From positions 24,360,950 to 24,424,949 of the forward strand of contig NC_134029.1 of the NCBI RefSeq assembly GCF_964204645.1: a DNA stretch of 64,000 bases, given 5' to 3'. The notes beneath the pieces were generated by a model that saw only the letters and a list, made by a program, of their open reading frames with translations, was not told the DNA's origin and searched no databases. Position 1 is the stretch's first letter. The number at the start of each line of letters is the position of its first letter. The position numbers were made by a program, and so were the translations under genes. This document shows positions 25,401-35,719 of the stretch, piece after piece. This DNA comes from Tubulanus polymorphus (taxonomy: Eukaryota; Animalia; Nemertea).

Positions 25401-28400
25401 TTTTTTTCTTGCAGAAAATAAGTTTGATATTGCGCTGTATATTTCAGAGAAACAATTATTCCATTGTGAAAATGACACAATTAATCATATTCAAACCAAA
25501 CATATGAAATATTTCAGTATAACGTTCGGGAATAGATATAACAATATTGTGGTCGTCATGCCCTGGCTAAATCATCATTTTAAGTGAACATGTCTCTGGT
25601 AAATCGTCAGGTTCTTCATAGAAATGTTACTAAGATTTCTGACTAGATTTCATTTTACAAAAAAAGCAATCAGTAAACATTGTAATAGATTGATTTCTGA
25701 AAACTTTCATTGTTCCGATGTATATAAAAAAATTAATGCAAAACACAAACTGTCGAAATGTTTGTAGGAATTTTTCCAAATTGAACCATAACCTACTGAG
25801 AAAGAATGTAAAATGTGGAAATGAACTGGAACCGATACTTATTCCATGATTTCTATAAAGCACTGGTTGAATGGCGGACATTAAGTAGTAAATACATTTA
25901 ACTGCAGCTTGTGGAAAAACTAGTAAAATATACACAATAACTACAAGAAGAAGAGTTTTACTGGCTGAAGATTGATGACGATCTGTTCTCTTCGCTCTCA
26001 GCTCAGATCTCTTATTGCGTAATGCAGCAGTTAACACTGATAATATTATAATTATTACAGAAGGAAAGATATCTTGTAAAAATGTTTTTACAGCTTTTAT
26101 TTGTGACGTTTGGGATGAAGGCATATATTGGAATATATGTCCACATGCATATCTGTCATATGTTCCATTGTATCTACGATATTTGCTGAGATAAACCTTA
26201 TATGTGATTGCAGAATCCAAATTCATTATATACGCCCAAAAGATGACAAAACCTACTGCAATTTTACGCCGAGTGACGGTGAAATGTTTCATGTGAAAGA
26301 AAGGAAAACGAATAGAAACAAATCTCTCGATAGCAATCACTATAACTGTGTAGTTTGATACAGATATTGCCTGGCTATAAAATAGGTTTGAAAATATACA
26401 CGAAGGAAACAATCGTCTGGGCAGATAGTGGAAATAGTAATAGAAATAGTAAAATGATGGACATAGTTTACTGTGTTTAGCGAATGTCAGATAAGTTACG
26501 TCACATTCTGTATAAAATCCTAGATGATAAACTACAAACCCTTTCAAAAATTCAGGGAAGTTCCTAAGCTCAAACAAGACGACAAGTTGATCTGAAAACG
26601 AGAGAGTTATGAGATAAGGGAACGTGTAACGAACTGACTGATATCTGCGACACTTTATCAGTAAAATTATTGTCAGAAAGTTAAACACACTTCCCGGCGG
26701 ATGCAAGAACACATTTCTGAATATTCTGTTATATTCATAAACGAAGTTGATAAATCTTCCGAAAGCTATGATATAATCCGGTGTCTTCACAGCAGTGCGG
26801 TATATTCTACGAGTTGTGGTGATGATAGCGGTTAAATTATCCATCACAAAAACAGAACTATTTGACACGACAATCTGTGTAGTGACTTCTTCCCTCACAT
26901 TATGTGTTAGAATACATCCTTCAAACTACTGCTACAGAACACACTATAATCATCTAAGCGTTTCTCATACTGTGTTTGAATTACTACTACGCGAGGCGCC
27001 CAATTTAAAGATACCCAACCTAAAATTGTTTGAAAGCCTTATGTATGACAATCCACTGTAGATTCAATACATTTTAGATCTAAAAGCTCTTCTTTTGTGA
27101 GAATATGTTGCTGTGTTGACACTGTGGTGTGACATTTTAGGGAATGGTGCAATCAATTGTATTAGGAAGTACTGTTTGAGACTATAAGAATCTAATGGAG
27201 TTTTTTTCATGATATATCTACGAGAAAGTAGGTTTTGGGGCCAGTTTTTGGCTCAAGACCGCCACGACTTGTTCGTTAGCGCCAGTTGTCACAATTCCAG
27301 AAGCCGAGCAAAACAAACATAAAAAACGATTTATGCAAGATGCTGTAATCTATCTCTTCATATATACAATGATTTGAATATGTGTCATTTGACACTAGAA
27401 CCACGTATGAAGTCGTCGGTATCTCTTCCACTTATATGCCGTTTTCCATATGAATACAAGTAATACTCATTCAGTCTGGTCTAATGATCTTGTTACTTTT
27501 ATGTGGAAGTGAAAGCGTCTGGAAAGACGTCTATTGTAGCGACGATTCTCGACACGTATAACACGCGTTGTATATAGCCAGAGGACCTGTCAAGGCATCG
27601 GACAAAGTTGACGCTTAATGGACTAATATACAACGAGGTAAATGCCCATTTCCAATAGCTACTACTAATGATGCCTGGACGCTTAAGGCTAGACAGGAAT
27701 TAGAAAGCCTAAGCCGCAACAAATTGCAGTACTTACAACGGTTATATGATGAATGCTTTAGTCACCAGTTTACCTCCTCTGGGAGTGAATTCATTGAATG
27801 CGATCAAGATCTAGCGGTTCAATAGTCCTATAAATTCATAGATTGGGTGATTAAACGAAAACCTAATACGTGTATGAATCTAAAACAACTGCGATTGTTT
27901 TACTTTTTTCGATTCGAGTGGGATTCTTCCACACCCATCTTCAGAGTTTATTTGACAATTTTCAATCATTATTTTCATTTCAATTACAGAAAGAAGTTAA
28001 CCAATTTCTTCGCGATGATTCTACAATCGATGCCACTGAACAAATCAAAGAATCTTTTCACGAAAATATCAATAAAATATCTTTTTGCATAAACAGCAAT
28101 AAAATATCTTTTTGCAAAAACAGCAATAAAATCCAGGATATACAAATTCGAATATTATTAAACTTCGATAATTCTGCAAAATTCCAAACTGAATTTCCAA
28201 TATGGATAGAGATATTTTTAAGATCATGAGTTATTAGAAAAATAAATCTTCCTTTGAGATGATACACGCTCCGAGGTCAGTGTTAAGGAAGGGCGCACAA
28301 TGTCGAGGGGAGAGGCGGAGGGGCGGAGGGGAGCTCAGTGTCGAGAGGGTCGGGAGTTGTTAATGGGGTCATTTTGAATCGCGAGTGCACCATCGCTATT

Positions 28401-31400
28401 TCATTATTCTCTATTAACATTCACTGCGGGAATATTCCGTGATAAAAGCCTTATAAATAATCGGGAATCCTGACAGCTAGAGAACCAACTATCCCTCACT
28501 CATACGGCATTCTTCATAATAACTGACGACAAAACAGTAATAGTACATTACGTAGGGTTTAACGGTAATAACAATCATTGATGGAAGTTTCAGGCAATCA
28601 AGGCCTCTTCAATATGATATAGACTGTTGGTATAGTAATTGCCTCATTCGTAGATTTGAAATAAAATACTAATAAAACGAAATGCACTATTTTAGAAGTG
28701 AAACCGAGAGCTATGGATGACTTTCAGTGTTTCTTTGGTAGCGAAACGTTCTCCGGTAAAACTGACACGTCTTGATGAAAAAAATAAGAGAGAAGTGAAG
28801 TTTCAAAAATGGCGGCGCATAGAATTGAGATGAAACGTCACAAATCTCTTTAGTTTCTCTACATAATCGTGGGTTTTATCTTCATTTGTTGATTACAGTC
28901 GCTGGTCTATGGGAACCTATTAATACTACATGGTCTCTCGATTCAAAAATCTGACAGAAATCTAACGCGTGAATTCTAATCAACTAAGTAAACATAAGAG
29001 CATCTATTTACTTATGCTCAGTGTCGTCAACTGTATTATTACTATATAAGCTCTTTATACAGTTTTCGCTATTTCCAGTCAGCCTTGACCCAGCTCCACG
29101 GTCACAGGGTTAGGAGACCCGATTCCCGGTGATTGAGAGACATCTTTAAAAATCTTGAAAATGAGAATTTTAGCGACGGCATCAACTGAGTAAATATAGA
29201 AATGTGAGGGTGACTTTATCAAAATTGTGTTAGAATCGCAATTGAAACAATGGCAGAATCACGATATCATCAATTCTAGTTAATGATGCCCAACAACCAC
29301 AACAATTCTGGTTACAACAACGCCAAAAAGATCTGCAGAATAAAAGGACGGGACATTAATCTTCCGATGTAGAGTCCAGATCCGGTTTTTTATCAAATCT
29401 ATGTCCAGGCTTAATGATATGATATTACGGGAGGCTTAACGACAACGGGAAATATATCGTGTTTACATTTCATTCATAAATAGGAAAACTATAATCTATC
29501 AAACCAGAAACCGATGACGAGGAGATCCGCGATCAGACTAGGGAGTGCTCCCAAAAAACAAACTAGGAAGTTCTCCCAGAACAAATAAGGGAGTGCTCCC
29601 TGAGCAAACTAAGGGTTGCTCCCCGAGCAAACCAGGGAGTGCTCCCTGCATCATCAAATCAAGTTCAAATCTACAAATAACGTGTTTTTGCTTGTATTGA
29701 CTATGCGGAGGTTGGCGAGGTCCCAAACGAGTGATCATCTCTGCACCGAACCGCCGTTCAGAGTTTGCATACTTCCATTCAAACAATCCAGCTATTAGCT
29801 TAGAATAATGATTTACACCGAGCAGTTTTAAGCTGGGTTTCTCTCTATCTGTTTAGTGTTGTGGGCATCTATACTCGAGCTGTAGAATCTACCGCTTATA
29901 CTTCATTCAGATAAATATCTCAGAAAACCCACGATGGGAGCCGGAGATCTGAGACACTCGGCAAGAGAACTCAGGTGCCAGAGCTGCTCCCCCTGGGTAC
30001 CAGGTAGGGGGAACACATAGAGCCGTTCAGTGTTGGAGGAATCCGTAAAGCCGCTCAGTGTTGGAGTAACCCGTGGAGCCGCTCAGTGTTGGAGGAACCC
30101 ATGGAGCCGTTCAGTGTAGGAGCCAACCGATTGAAATATAGGCAATAGAGGTTCCAGGGCCAAATTCGGTTTTCGTAGTGGTCAAAACTAATAACCGAAT
30201 GCGCTTAATTTCCGAACTATTTCCGGCCTAAAGTTCCGACGACGCCCATTTGACGTCCAATATGACGTAATAGAACAATCCGCGCGACAAGGTGTAACCT
30301 CGTATACGGTCGGCTGACATACACACACCTGCTAATTCCTCGATTGCCACAGTCAGTGTCTGCGACTTGTACACTTGTTGATGGGCACCACAGTGTAACC
30401 GGATGTCGCGAAATCTATCTAATCGAATTCATTGTCAATTTAACGCGTCGCCCGCTGAAGATTCGCAAGAGAAGGTCGATAAACACTGCTATATCGGGCT
30501 TTCGGGGCCCGTGGCAGCTGGTTTTACTAATTAGTTTTGCTTGTCTTGTTCGAAATTGAAACGGCGGGTGAGACCAATGGGCGATATTGAATTGCGTTCC
30601 CGCGGTGTTTGTGACGACAGTGTGGACAGTCTGTTAACCGACCATCAGCTGCCACTGTCTAATTTACCACAAAACTTTCATTTACATACAAACACAGATA
30701 GATAGACATAGAGATAGACAGTTGTATCCGGAATCTAAGAAATTACATCTGAATCCTCCCCGTGTAAAAGTATATACTGACATTTTCATTAATTACACGC
30801 ACATCTCTCCGAGGAATTCGTGTGTTGAATAAATTCTACACGTATGAAGCGATATATTCGGATCCGATTGCTTTCATCCGATCCGCGTTTTACATTTGTT
30901 ACATCTGCGTTCAGAGACGGTTTCAAATAAATTGACTTTTACAAATGAAATTTGAAAATGTCCCAAATAACGCCCAACTAACTGTAAATACTGAGGTAGT
31001 TTAGTGTGATTAAGTTCCCTCCAGTGGTTTCGTAGAAATATTTCTTTTTAAAATTTCGCTGAACCTTCAGATGAATATGATTGTAAATCACGATGCAAAA
31101 GCTTAAATGAACCGGTTTAGTGATCTCGGTGCTGAAGAGCTGTTTATTTGAGAACTGCTCTGGAAGACGATTCGAATTTACAAACTTGTTCAAGTGCATC
31201 ATAGCAAGTTATCGTTGTTATTTCAGTGTAAAATCAACACAAGCCTCCAGCGCCGAGAACACGCACCAACACTGCCTTCATCGGCCTTCATCATCTTAGG
31301 ATTTGGCGAACCTAACAATTGACGATAAACTGTGACGGACGGTGATTGTGGTAAAACCCAATTGAACTGTTAAATGAATTCATTGGCGTTAAAATAGATA

Positions 31401-32625
31401 AATTGAGCGACAAATATCGCGGAGTTTGATCCATCAATAACTCCATCATCTTTAAAGGGTTTATAGTGTTTTATCAAATTATCCGTTTTAGCGCTTGAAG
31501 ACAAGAATCTGACTTATTAAACTTGGTGAATTTATTGACGGAGATTCGAGTAGAATTGAAATGTTCACTGATGTACAGATGAAGAGATATCGCTGTAGAT
31601 TTTATCAATAATTGTCATCTTGACTTTCAGTAGACAGTATTGAAATTCATCTTCAATTCATCTTCGATTTCACCAATTTCCCAGACGTCGCATTTTACGC
31701 AGTATTTTGTCAGTTCTCGCTGTTGTTTGCTGCGCTGTAGTTTTATTTGATCCGTTTCGAGTCAATAAGCTTATTGAAAGGTCGTTCAAAAACTTAATCA
31801 TGAATTTCATTTAGAAAAAAAGTAATATATTGTGAAGCATTTTGTGCTCAGCTGCAGAAGAGTTTAAACGACGAAATAAAAAAATAATGTCAAGGTCGAT
31901 CTCGTTATTTTCGTTAAATATCAAGGTAACGGAAACAAACTAACAAAAACCAACTAACTAATTACACAGAAACTTTTCTCGACTCCGATGTAGCGAGAAA
32001 GCGCAGAAAAAATGAGATCAGGTGTTTTGAAATGTTTTCGTATCGGCACCGGCACTCTGACCCGCTGAAGAGTCCACATGCCGCAATTTACTGTTACATC
32101 GTGGTATACCAGTCCGAGTTCCTCTTGATTTTTTTACAGATATTTGCGTTATTCAAAAATAATGAATAGTTTGAAGATCATTAATAATAATTGGTCTTGA
32201 GAAATATTCATAGTTTATGCAAATTCCCAGGGCCCAGTTGCCAAGCCAAAAAGTCTACACATTCAGATATAGCTGATTTAGAGTTATCATTATTATCATT
32301 ATCATTATCAGGACTGAAGACTTTTAAAGAAAGAAGGCATTTACGAAGAAAGAATCCTTCTCAAAAGAGTCTTAACGTCACTACTCTCTAAATTTTGAAA
32401 ATAGCTCATCAATTTGAGCTAAAACGTCACAACACTTGTCTTTGATAGTTTTTTGACTCAAGTCGTTACTATACAACTGAATCACGAGGTCACTTTGTGA
32501 AGCAATATCAATAGTGCAGTCAGCTCTATACAATAAATTAACTCACCTTTTCCCGCGCATGATGAATCCCAGGAAAACGCAATAAGAATCCCATAATAAA
32601 CCCATCTGACAGGTGATAAATCCAT
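890..32625 (-). CDS. CHRNA10-like: Nicotinic acetylcholine receptor alpha subunit, alpha9/alpha10-like (Cys-loop ligand-gated cation channel); full gene span, 6 coding exons, 499 aa
   Basis: Exons of 79+140+45+110+536+590 = 1500 nt join in frame across GT-AG introns. The protein has a signal peptide, WxPDIVLYN, Cys-loop [15 protein letters not shown], loop B SWAY, vicinal cysteines YPCC, M1-M3 with GEK before M2, a long intracellular loop and M4 (DRFLFWLF). The subfamily call comes from motif resemblance, not a phylogeny. Confidence 0.93.
2385..2413 (-). ncRNA. Degenerate hammerhead-like / Penelope end motif in the last nAChR intron
   Basis: Minus strand reads GTGAAGA-AGGGTTAGATCTTC-GAAA-CGTC. 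The first core base is G instead of C and there is no stem I. Confidence 0.35.
4576..4648. repeat. 14-bp tandem repeat (TCGATAGTCGATCC), ~4.5 copies
   Basis: Direct reading. Confidence 0.9.
5243..5879. repeat. (GAGAGG)n polypurine microsatellite with an internal (GGGGGA)n block
   Basis: Direct reading; explains the RE/EG/PL/SP low-complexity ORFs. Confidence 0.97.
7252..7787 (-). CDS. CHRNA10-like: nAChR exon 5 (Cys-loop, loops B and C, M1, M2, M2-M3 linker)
   Basis: Lies within track ORF 7232..7810. Acceptor tatttag and donor ATTG|gtaagt. Encodes [19 protein letters not shown] and [18 protein letters not shown]. Confidence 0.97.
8142..8251 (-). CDS. CHRNA10-like: nAChR exon 4 ([37 protein letters not shown])
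   Basis: 110-nt exon with tttcag acceptor and AG|gtaagg donor. Encodes the WxPDIVLYN loop A motif. Confidence 0.96.
9044..9088 (-). CDS. CHRNA10-like: nAChR exon 3 ([15 protein letters not shown])
   Basis: 45-nt exon with tattacag acceptor and CAG|gtgag donor. Encodes the conserved DE(K/R)NQ motif and the loop D Trp. Confidence 0.95.
11367..11506 (-). CDS. CHRNA10-like: nAChR exon 2 ([47 protein letters not shown])
   Basis: Acceptor tctcttttttgcag and donor GTG|gtaagt; 140 nt. Encodes the typical N-terminal helix and the Y..RPV.N motif. Confidence 0.95.
11635..11700 (-). mobile_element. tRNA-derived SINE head, degenerate relative of 15920-15990
   Basis: Shares aaccct.gattcgaacccggg and tgccagcc...acca with 15920-15990. 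B-box intact, A-box decayed. Confidence 0.55.
15920..15990 (-). mobile_element. tRNA-derived SINE head / pseudo-tRNA
   Basis: Minus strand has A-box TGGTCTAGTGG and B-box GGTTCGAATC at tRNA spacing. Anticodon and acceptor stems do not pair properly. Confidence 0.65.
16654..16775. repeat. ~19-bp tandem array of TGGAACTGGGTCAA (MITE TIR-like motif)
   Basis: Five to six degenerate units resembling the right TIR of 49621-49774. Confidence 0.75.
16887..16943. repeat. 20-bp tandem repeat (AGTTCCACCCGGTGTTACTT), ~3 copies
   Basis: Direct reading. Confidence 0.85.
17274..17626. repeat. 14-bp minisatellite (AGAACTATCCCAAT), ~25 copies
   Basis: Direct reading; degenerate at the left end and homogeneous at the right end. 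Confidence 0.95.
21673..21721. repeat. (CAG)n/(CGG) trinucleotide repeat
   Basis: Direct reading. Confidence 0.9.
23184..23421. mobile_element. Composite MITE: two partial copies of the 40418-40555 family in opposite orientation
   Basis: The left part matches 40418-40555 directly (ttagattggctata...ttagactggtctt). The right part matches it as reverse complement (gacttaggtccaaaagt...ttgttagattggcc). CAG flanks both ends. Confidence 0.6.
25630..26844 (-). CDS. Intronless class A (rhodopsin-like) 7TM GPCR, FMRFamide/peptide-receptor-like or chemoreceptor-like, ~404 aa, nested in nAChR intron 1
   Basis: Seven hydrophobic segments: TM1 GSVFN, TM2 LSFSD, TM3 Cys...IAIERF, ECL2 Cys (RYAC), TM5 IFP, TM6 VFP, TM7 INFFIY. 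The track's start at 26898 is a GTG. The first in-frame ATG is at 26844 (gtgATGG) and is followed by an N-L-T sequon. Confidence 0.9.
   Translation of the reverse strand: MDNLTAIITTTRRIYRTAVKTPDYIIAFGRFINFVYEYNRIFRNVFLHPPGSVFNFLTIILLIKCRRYQSVRYTFPYLITLSFSDQLVVLFELRNFPEFLKGFVVYHLGFYTECDVTYLTFAKHSKLCPSFYYFYYYFHYLPRRLFPSCIFSNLFYSQAISVSNYTVIVIAIERFVSIRFPFFHMKHFTVTRRKIAVGFVIFWAYIMNLDSAITYKVYLSKYRRYNGTYDRYACGHIFQYMPSSQTSQIKAVKTFLQDIFPSVIIIILSVLTAALRNKRSELRAKRTDRHQSSASKTLLLVVIVYILLVFPQAAVKCIYYLMSAIQPVLYRNHGISIGSSSFPHFTFFLSRLWFNLEKFLQTFRQFVFCINFFIYIGTMKVFRNQSITMFTDCFFCKMKSSQKS
29538..29649. repeat. ~23-bp tandem repeat, 5 copies, with dyad core GGGAG-TG-CTCCC
   Basis: Direct reading of five units. 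Confidence 0.85.
30019..30124. repeat. 28-bp tandem repeat, ~4 copies (AGCCGYTCAGTGTTGGAG...)
   Basis: agccg recurs at 30021, 30049, 30077 and 30105. Confidence 0.9.
32231..32482. mobile_element. Degenerate MITE-like element just inside nAChR intron 1
   Basis: Begins cag|GGCCCAGTTGC and ends ...gacTCAAGTCGTTACTATACAACTGAATC, resembling the TIRs of the MITE family. Confidence 0.35.
32547..32625 (-). CDS. CHRNA10-like: nAChR coding exon 1 (signal peptide [27 protein letters not shown])
   Basis: ATG at 32625 in context atcATGG, followed by a hydrophobic core and SSCA|G small-residue cleavage site. Strong donor AAG|gtgagt in phase 1 matches the phase-1 acceptor of exon 2. Confidence 0.8.
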
Positions 32626-32665
32626 GATATCAGCAATCGTAATTCAGGTGACCGCTAGTCCGCTG

Positions 32666-32687
32666 TGCTGCTGCTGCTGCTGCTGCT
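32666..32687. repeat. (CTG)~7 repeat ~40 nt upstream of the nAChR ATG (CAG on the sense strand)
   Basis: Direct reading. Confidence 0.85.
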
Positions 32688-32895
32688 TTAACTGGTCATT
32701 ATACATAGCTACATACACACTCGATTTAATGATATCCGCTCACTGATACAGCTATCTACAATATCCATCATCTCCGTGTCAATAATATCCTTTTATTATT
32801 GCATCTGATTCATCTGTAATAGAAAGAATAAAGTGTCGTCCATTACATTGCAACAATTTTTTTTCATCACTGTGATTGCCGCTGAAACACCGTAT

Positions 32896-32980
32896 CGCCT
32901 GTAGCTGGATTCGAACCGGCGAACCCTCGATTGGCGAGAGGCCCAGGTGGAAGACTGATACTTTAACGGCCAATTACATT
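32896..32980 (-). mobile_element. tRNA-like element with long variable-arm hairpin (SINE head or pseudo-tRNA)
   Basis: T-arm GCCGG-TTCGAAT-CCAGC preceded by hairpin CTCTCG-CCAAT-CGAGGG. No acceptor-stem pairing. Confidence 0.45.
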
Positions 32981-33163
32981 TACGATACGCTGACCAATGC
33001 ACTAATAACCCCTCTTGTAACTGGTGTGGTGCAACCACGTACACTTGGGATTATAGAATCAGATTTATAATGTTTAGGAAGTTTAGTCTTGACCGAATAT
33101 CAGAAAGACTAGTCTAGGACTCAAAACTTTTGATCACGAAAAAATTTGCAACAAAAGAATTGT

Positions 33164-33266
33164 ACTAGTAGGCTACATATATCCCTAGTGTCGGACTAGT
33201 AGGCTACGCACACATCCCTAGTGTCGGACTAGTAGGCTACGAACATATCCCTAGTGACGGTAGGCT
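33164..33266. repeat. 31-33-bp tandem repeat, 3 copies (ACTAGTAGGCTAC...ATCCCTAGTGTCGG)
   Basis: actagt recurs at 33164, 33195 and 33228. Confidence 0.9.
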
Positions 33267-35403
33267 TTAATCACGTTTTATGAATGAAATCCGTTTTTTT
33301 AAAGTTTCATCGTTATGAACACATTGAATGACGTCACACAAAGACAAGAAGTCATCTCGTCTGCTGTCGATACTTCACGGTATGAGCAGGAAGCTCGCAC
33401 AGGAAGCACGAGTCAGTGGTTCACACAAACACACACGCAGAAATAAAATTTGCAGCTCTATCGTCGAATAACGATAAATGAAGTGGAATTCTCTAAGGTT
33501 TCTATAGGGTTTATTATCGAACTGTTTGTCGACGAAGGGGCATCGTCTGTCTCACTACTAGGTACAATAATATCTACCTACACGAATATAGTTGGGGCTT
33601 CGTTTCTCAGACTTATGAATATAATTCCACTGACCATCGTCCTTTCACTGTTCAGACAAAACCATTATAAAGACATGATTTAAGAATATGGCTTGATCGC
33701 CCAATGTCGTTTTAAAAAGCCTCTTTGTTCAAAACAATTTGAAAAATCATTATCAAAATCATCTTTGAAAAGTCTTTTATTTCCCAAAGTAAAGATGCGG
33801 CGACTTCAATTGCGGTTGTGGAGCCATAAAGCGAATTGTAAACAGCTCTGTGGGTATTCTCACGTATATCACGCAGTGAAAGTGACTAATCATTCAAATA
33901 GAATCCTTGTTAGTAAAAGTCCACTATTCACTTGCTTCACGTGAGGCTAATTGATGAATAATTTAATTTAAAAATTAATATCAACTAATAGCTTTTAGCT
34001 TTACACTCACAGGGACCGGTGACTTGTTTATCAATCGACTCAGCGGGGATTCCTACCTCTAATTTGTCAAGCGTGTTTATAACCAATCAACGAACTTCGC
34101 AGCTTGTGGTGGGTTCAAACCCCGGTTAACTCATGCTATTCGGTCAGGACTATGTCAGAGTTTCCCGACTCGCTAATCTAATAATAAAAATCGTCGACGA
34201 TTCCGAGAATCGTCAACCTGGATGAAGGAAGGGAACATAGTTCAGATGCGCAGACCTGATCAAGGTCCACTACGGGTATGAGATACATCGTTATGACATC
34301 ATTGCCAATAAAACAAAAACCAATGTGGTAAAAGCTACAAAAGAATTAGTTATAAACATAACTTATGGTTCTATGATATAACTCCGTGAGCTCGCTTCGC
34401 TTCAGATTGAGTTCAATATCACGAGTTTGCGACTTCGAGTACCTATAGTACATTAAAGCCCGAACTCATTGATACCTTGGAGAACTTGGATCCTCACAGG
34501 TGGAAATCTAAAGTTTGATAAACTCCCAAAATCATGGAAATGGAAATTAAAAAAAAAAAATTTCATTTATCAATAAATGAATAATGATTATCAAACTACC
34601 TGAATTAGTTTTTTTGTACGGTAGAATTAATTTCTCTTAACTGTGGTGATACTTGGTGGAGCTTGTGACGGTGAGAGCGCGGGTGAAGTGTAGACTAGAT
34701 GGCGACGCGTTGAGGTGTGTCAATGACACTAAGAAGGTCCGTCATGCGCATAAACGAACGGAAATAGCGAATGTGAGATGAGAGAATGGATACTGATTAA
34801 AGCGAGTTTATTTACACAGTCACGTCTATCCTATCATTCCGTTCATATCAATAATAATAAAACTACAATTAACGCCAATCCAGGATCGGTCACGGTGTAA
34901 TAACAACCTGCCGTCCAATAGCGTGCACGTGAATCCACTGCCGAGACCGTCATCCGCGTTTTAGTGTGTGAATTGGACTGGATCAAACGCTCGTAAACAT
35001 ATCTTTATTGGTTAAACGCTTCAATGCCTACCGCGCATGACTTGATCTAACGAATATGCAAATTTGATGACTCAATTTTTCATGTAAGGTCAATACGAAT
35101 GGCGTCTTACGTCTTGGTTTATCTGAGAAGTTTTAAACAAAAACATACAAGAATATTTTGTTTTCACTTGTGATGACAAAAGGAAAATAGGAACCTTCCT
35201 CCCCAAACAGGGGTACGCTTACAACAATGTATTCCGCTAATATTGCCGGCCCCGGCCTCGATTGACAGCGAAGCTAAACACTAAATAGACTAATTTTGAC
35301 ACTAATTTTCCTTAATAGCCTATGTTTCGAGTCGGTCCTGTATATGTATCTTTGGTTTGTTTCTTTTGACTTATGTGTACTGAAAACATGTTTGATAACC
35401 ACG

Positions 35404-35719
35404 GATTGTCCCTGTTATTTATTTGGTTGGTAAATTTCGTTTGATTGAGTGTCCCCTACAGACCCACCACACCTGCCGGGAGCGAAACAGGGGGTCTGAT
35501 TTTGAAATCGGAAATCGAAGTACAGTTATAGTTGTGTGATCGGCGGCCGAGTTTACAAGAGTTTTTTGTTTAAATCGAAGTACATAATTGGGAAATTCGG
35601 TTCCGGTTCATTCAAACAATCTTCCATTCAGTCTGAACCGGCAAGCGACTGATTGGGGTGAATTTTCTTGGCTGCCTAATTGAATACATCAAGATTTTGG
35701 AAATAGCTATATTACAAGG
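35404..35719 (+). repeat. Dispersed ~320-bp repeat, copy 1
   Basis: Colinear with 50599-50926 throughout, e.g. tacagacccaccacacctgcc, gaaatcggaaatcgaagtacag, caagcgactgattg, ttttggaaatagc. Confidence 0.9.

Noticed and set aside
26845-26898. Extra 18 N-terminal residues of the GPCR in the ORF track, and a possible in-frame splice of nAChR exon 1 onto the GPCR
   Set aside because: The track's start codon is GTG. The nearby AG acceptors (acacag, aaatag) fall in phase 0 and phase 2, whereas the exon 1 donor is phase 1, so no in-frame fusion is supported.
27580-27825. Protein-like reading frame on the + strand (…[46 protein letters not shown]…)
   Set aside because: Bounded by stops, with no start codon or convincing splice sites and no family I can recognise. 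Possibly a decayed transposon fragment; needs BLASTX.
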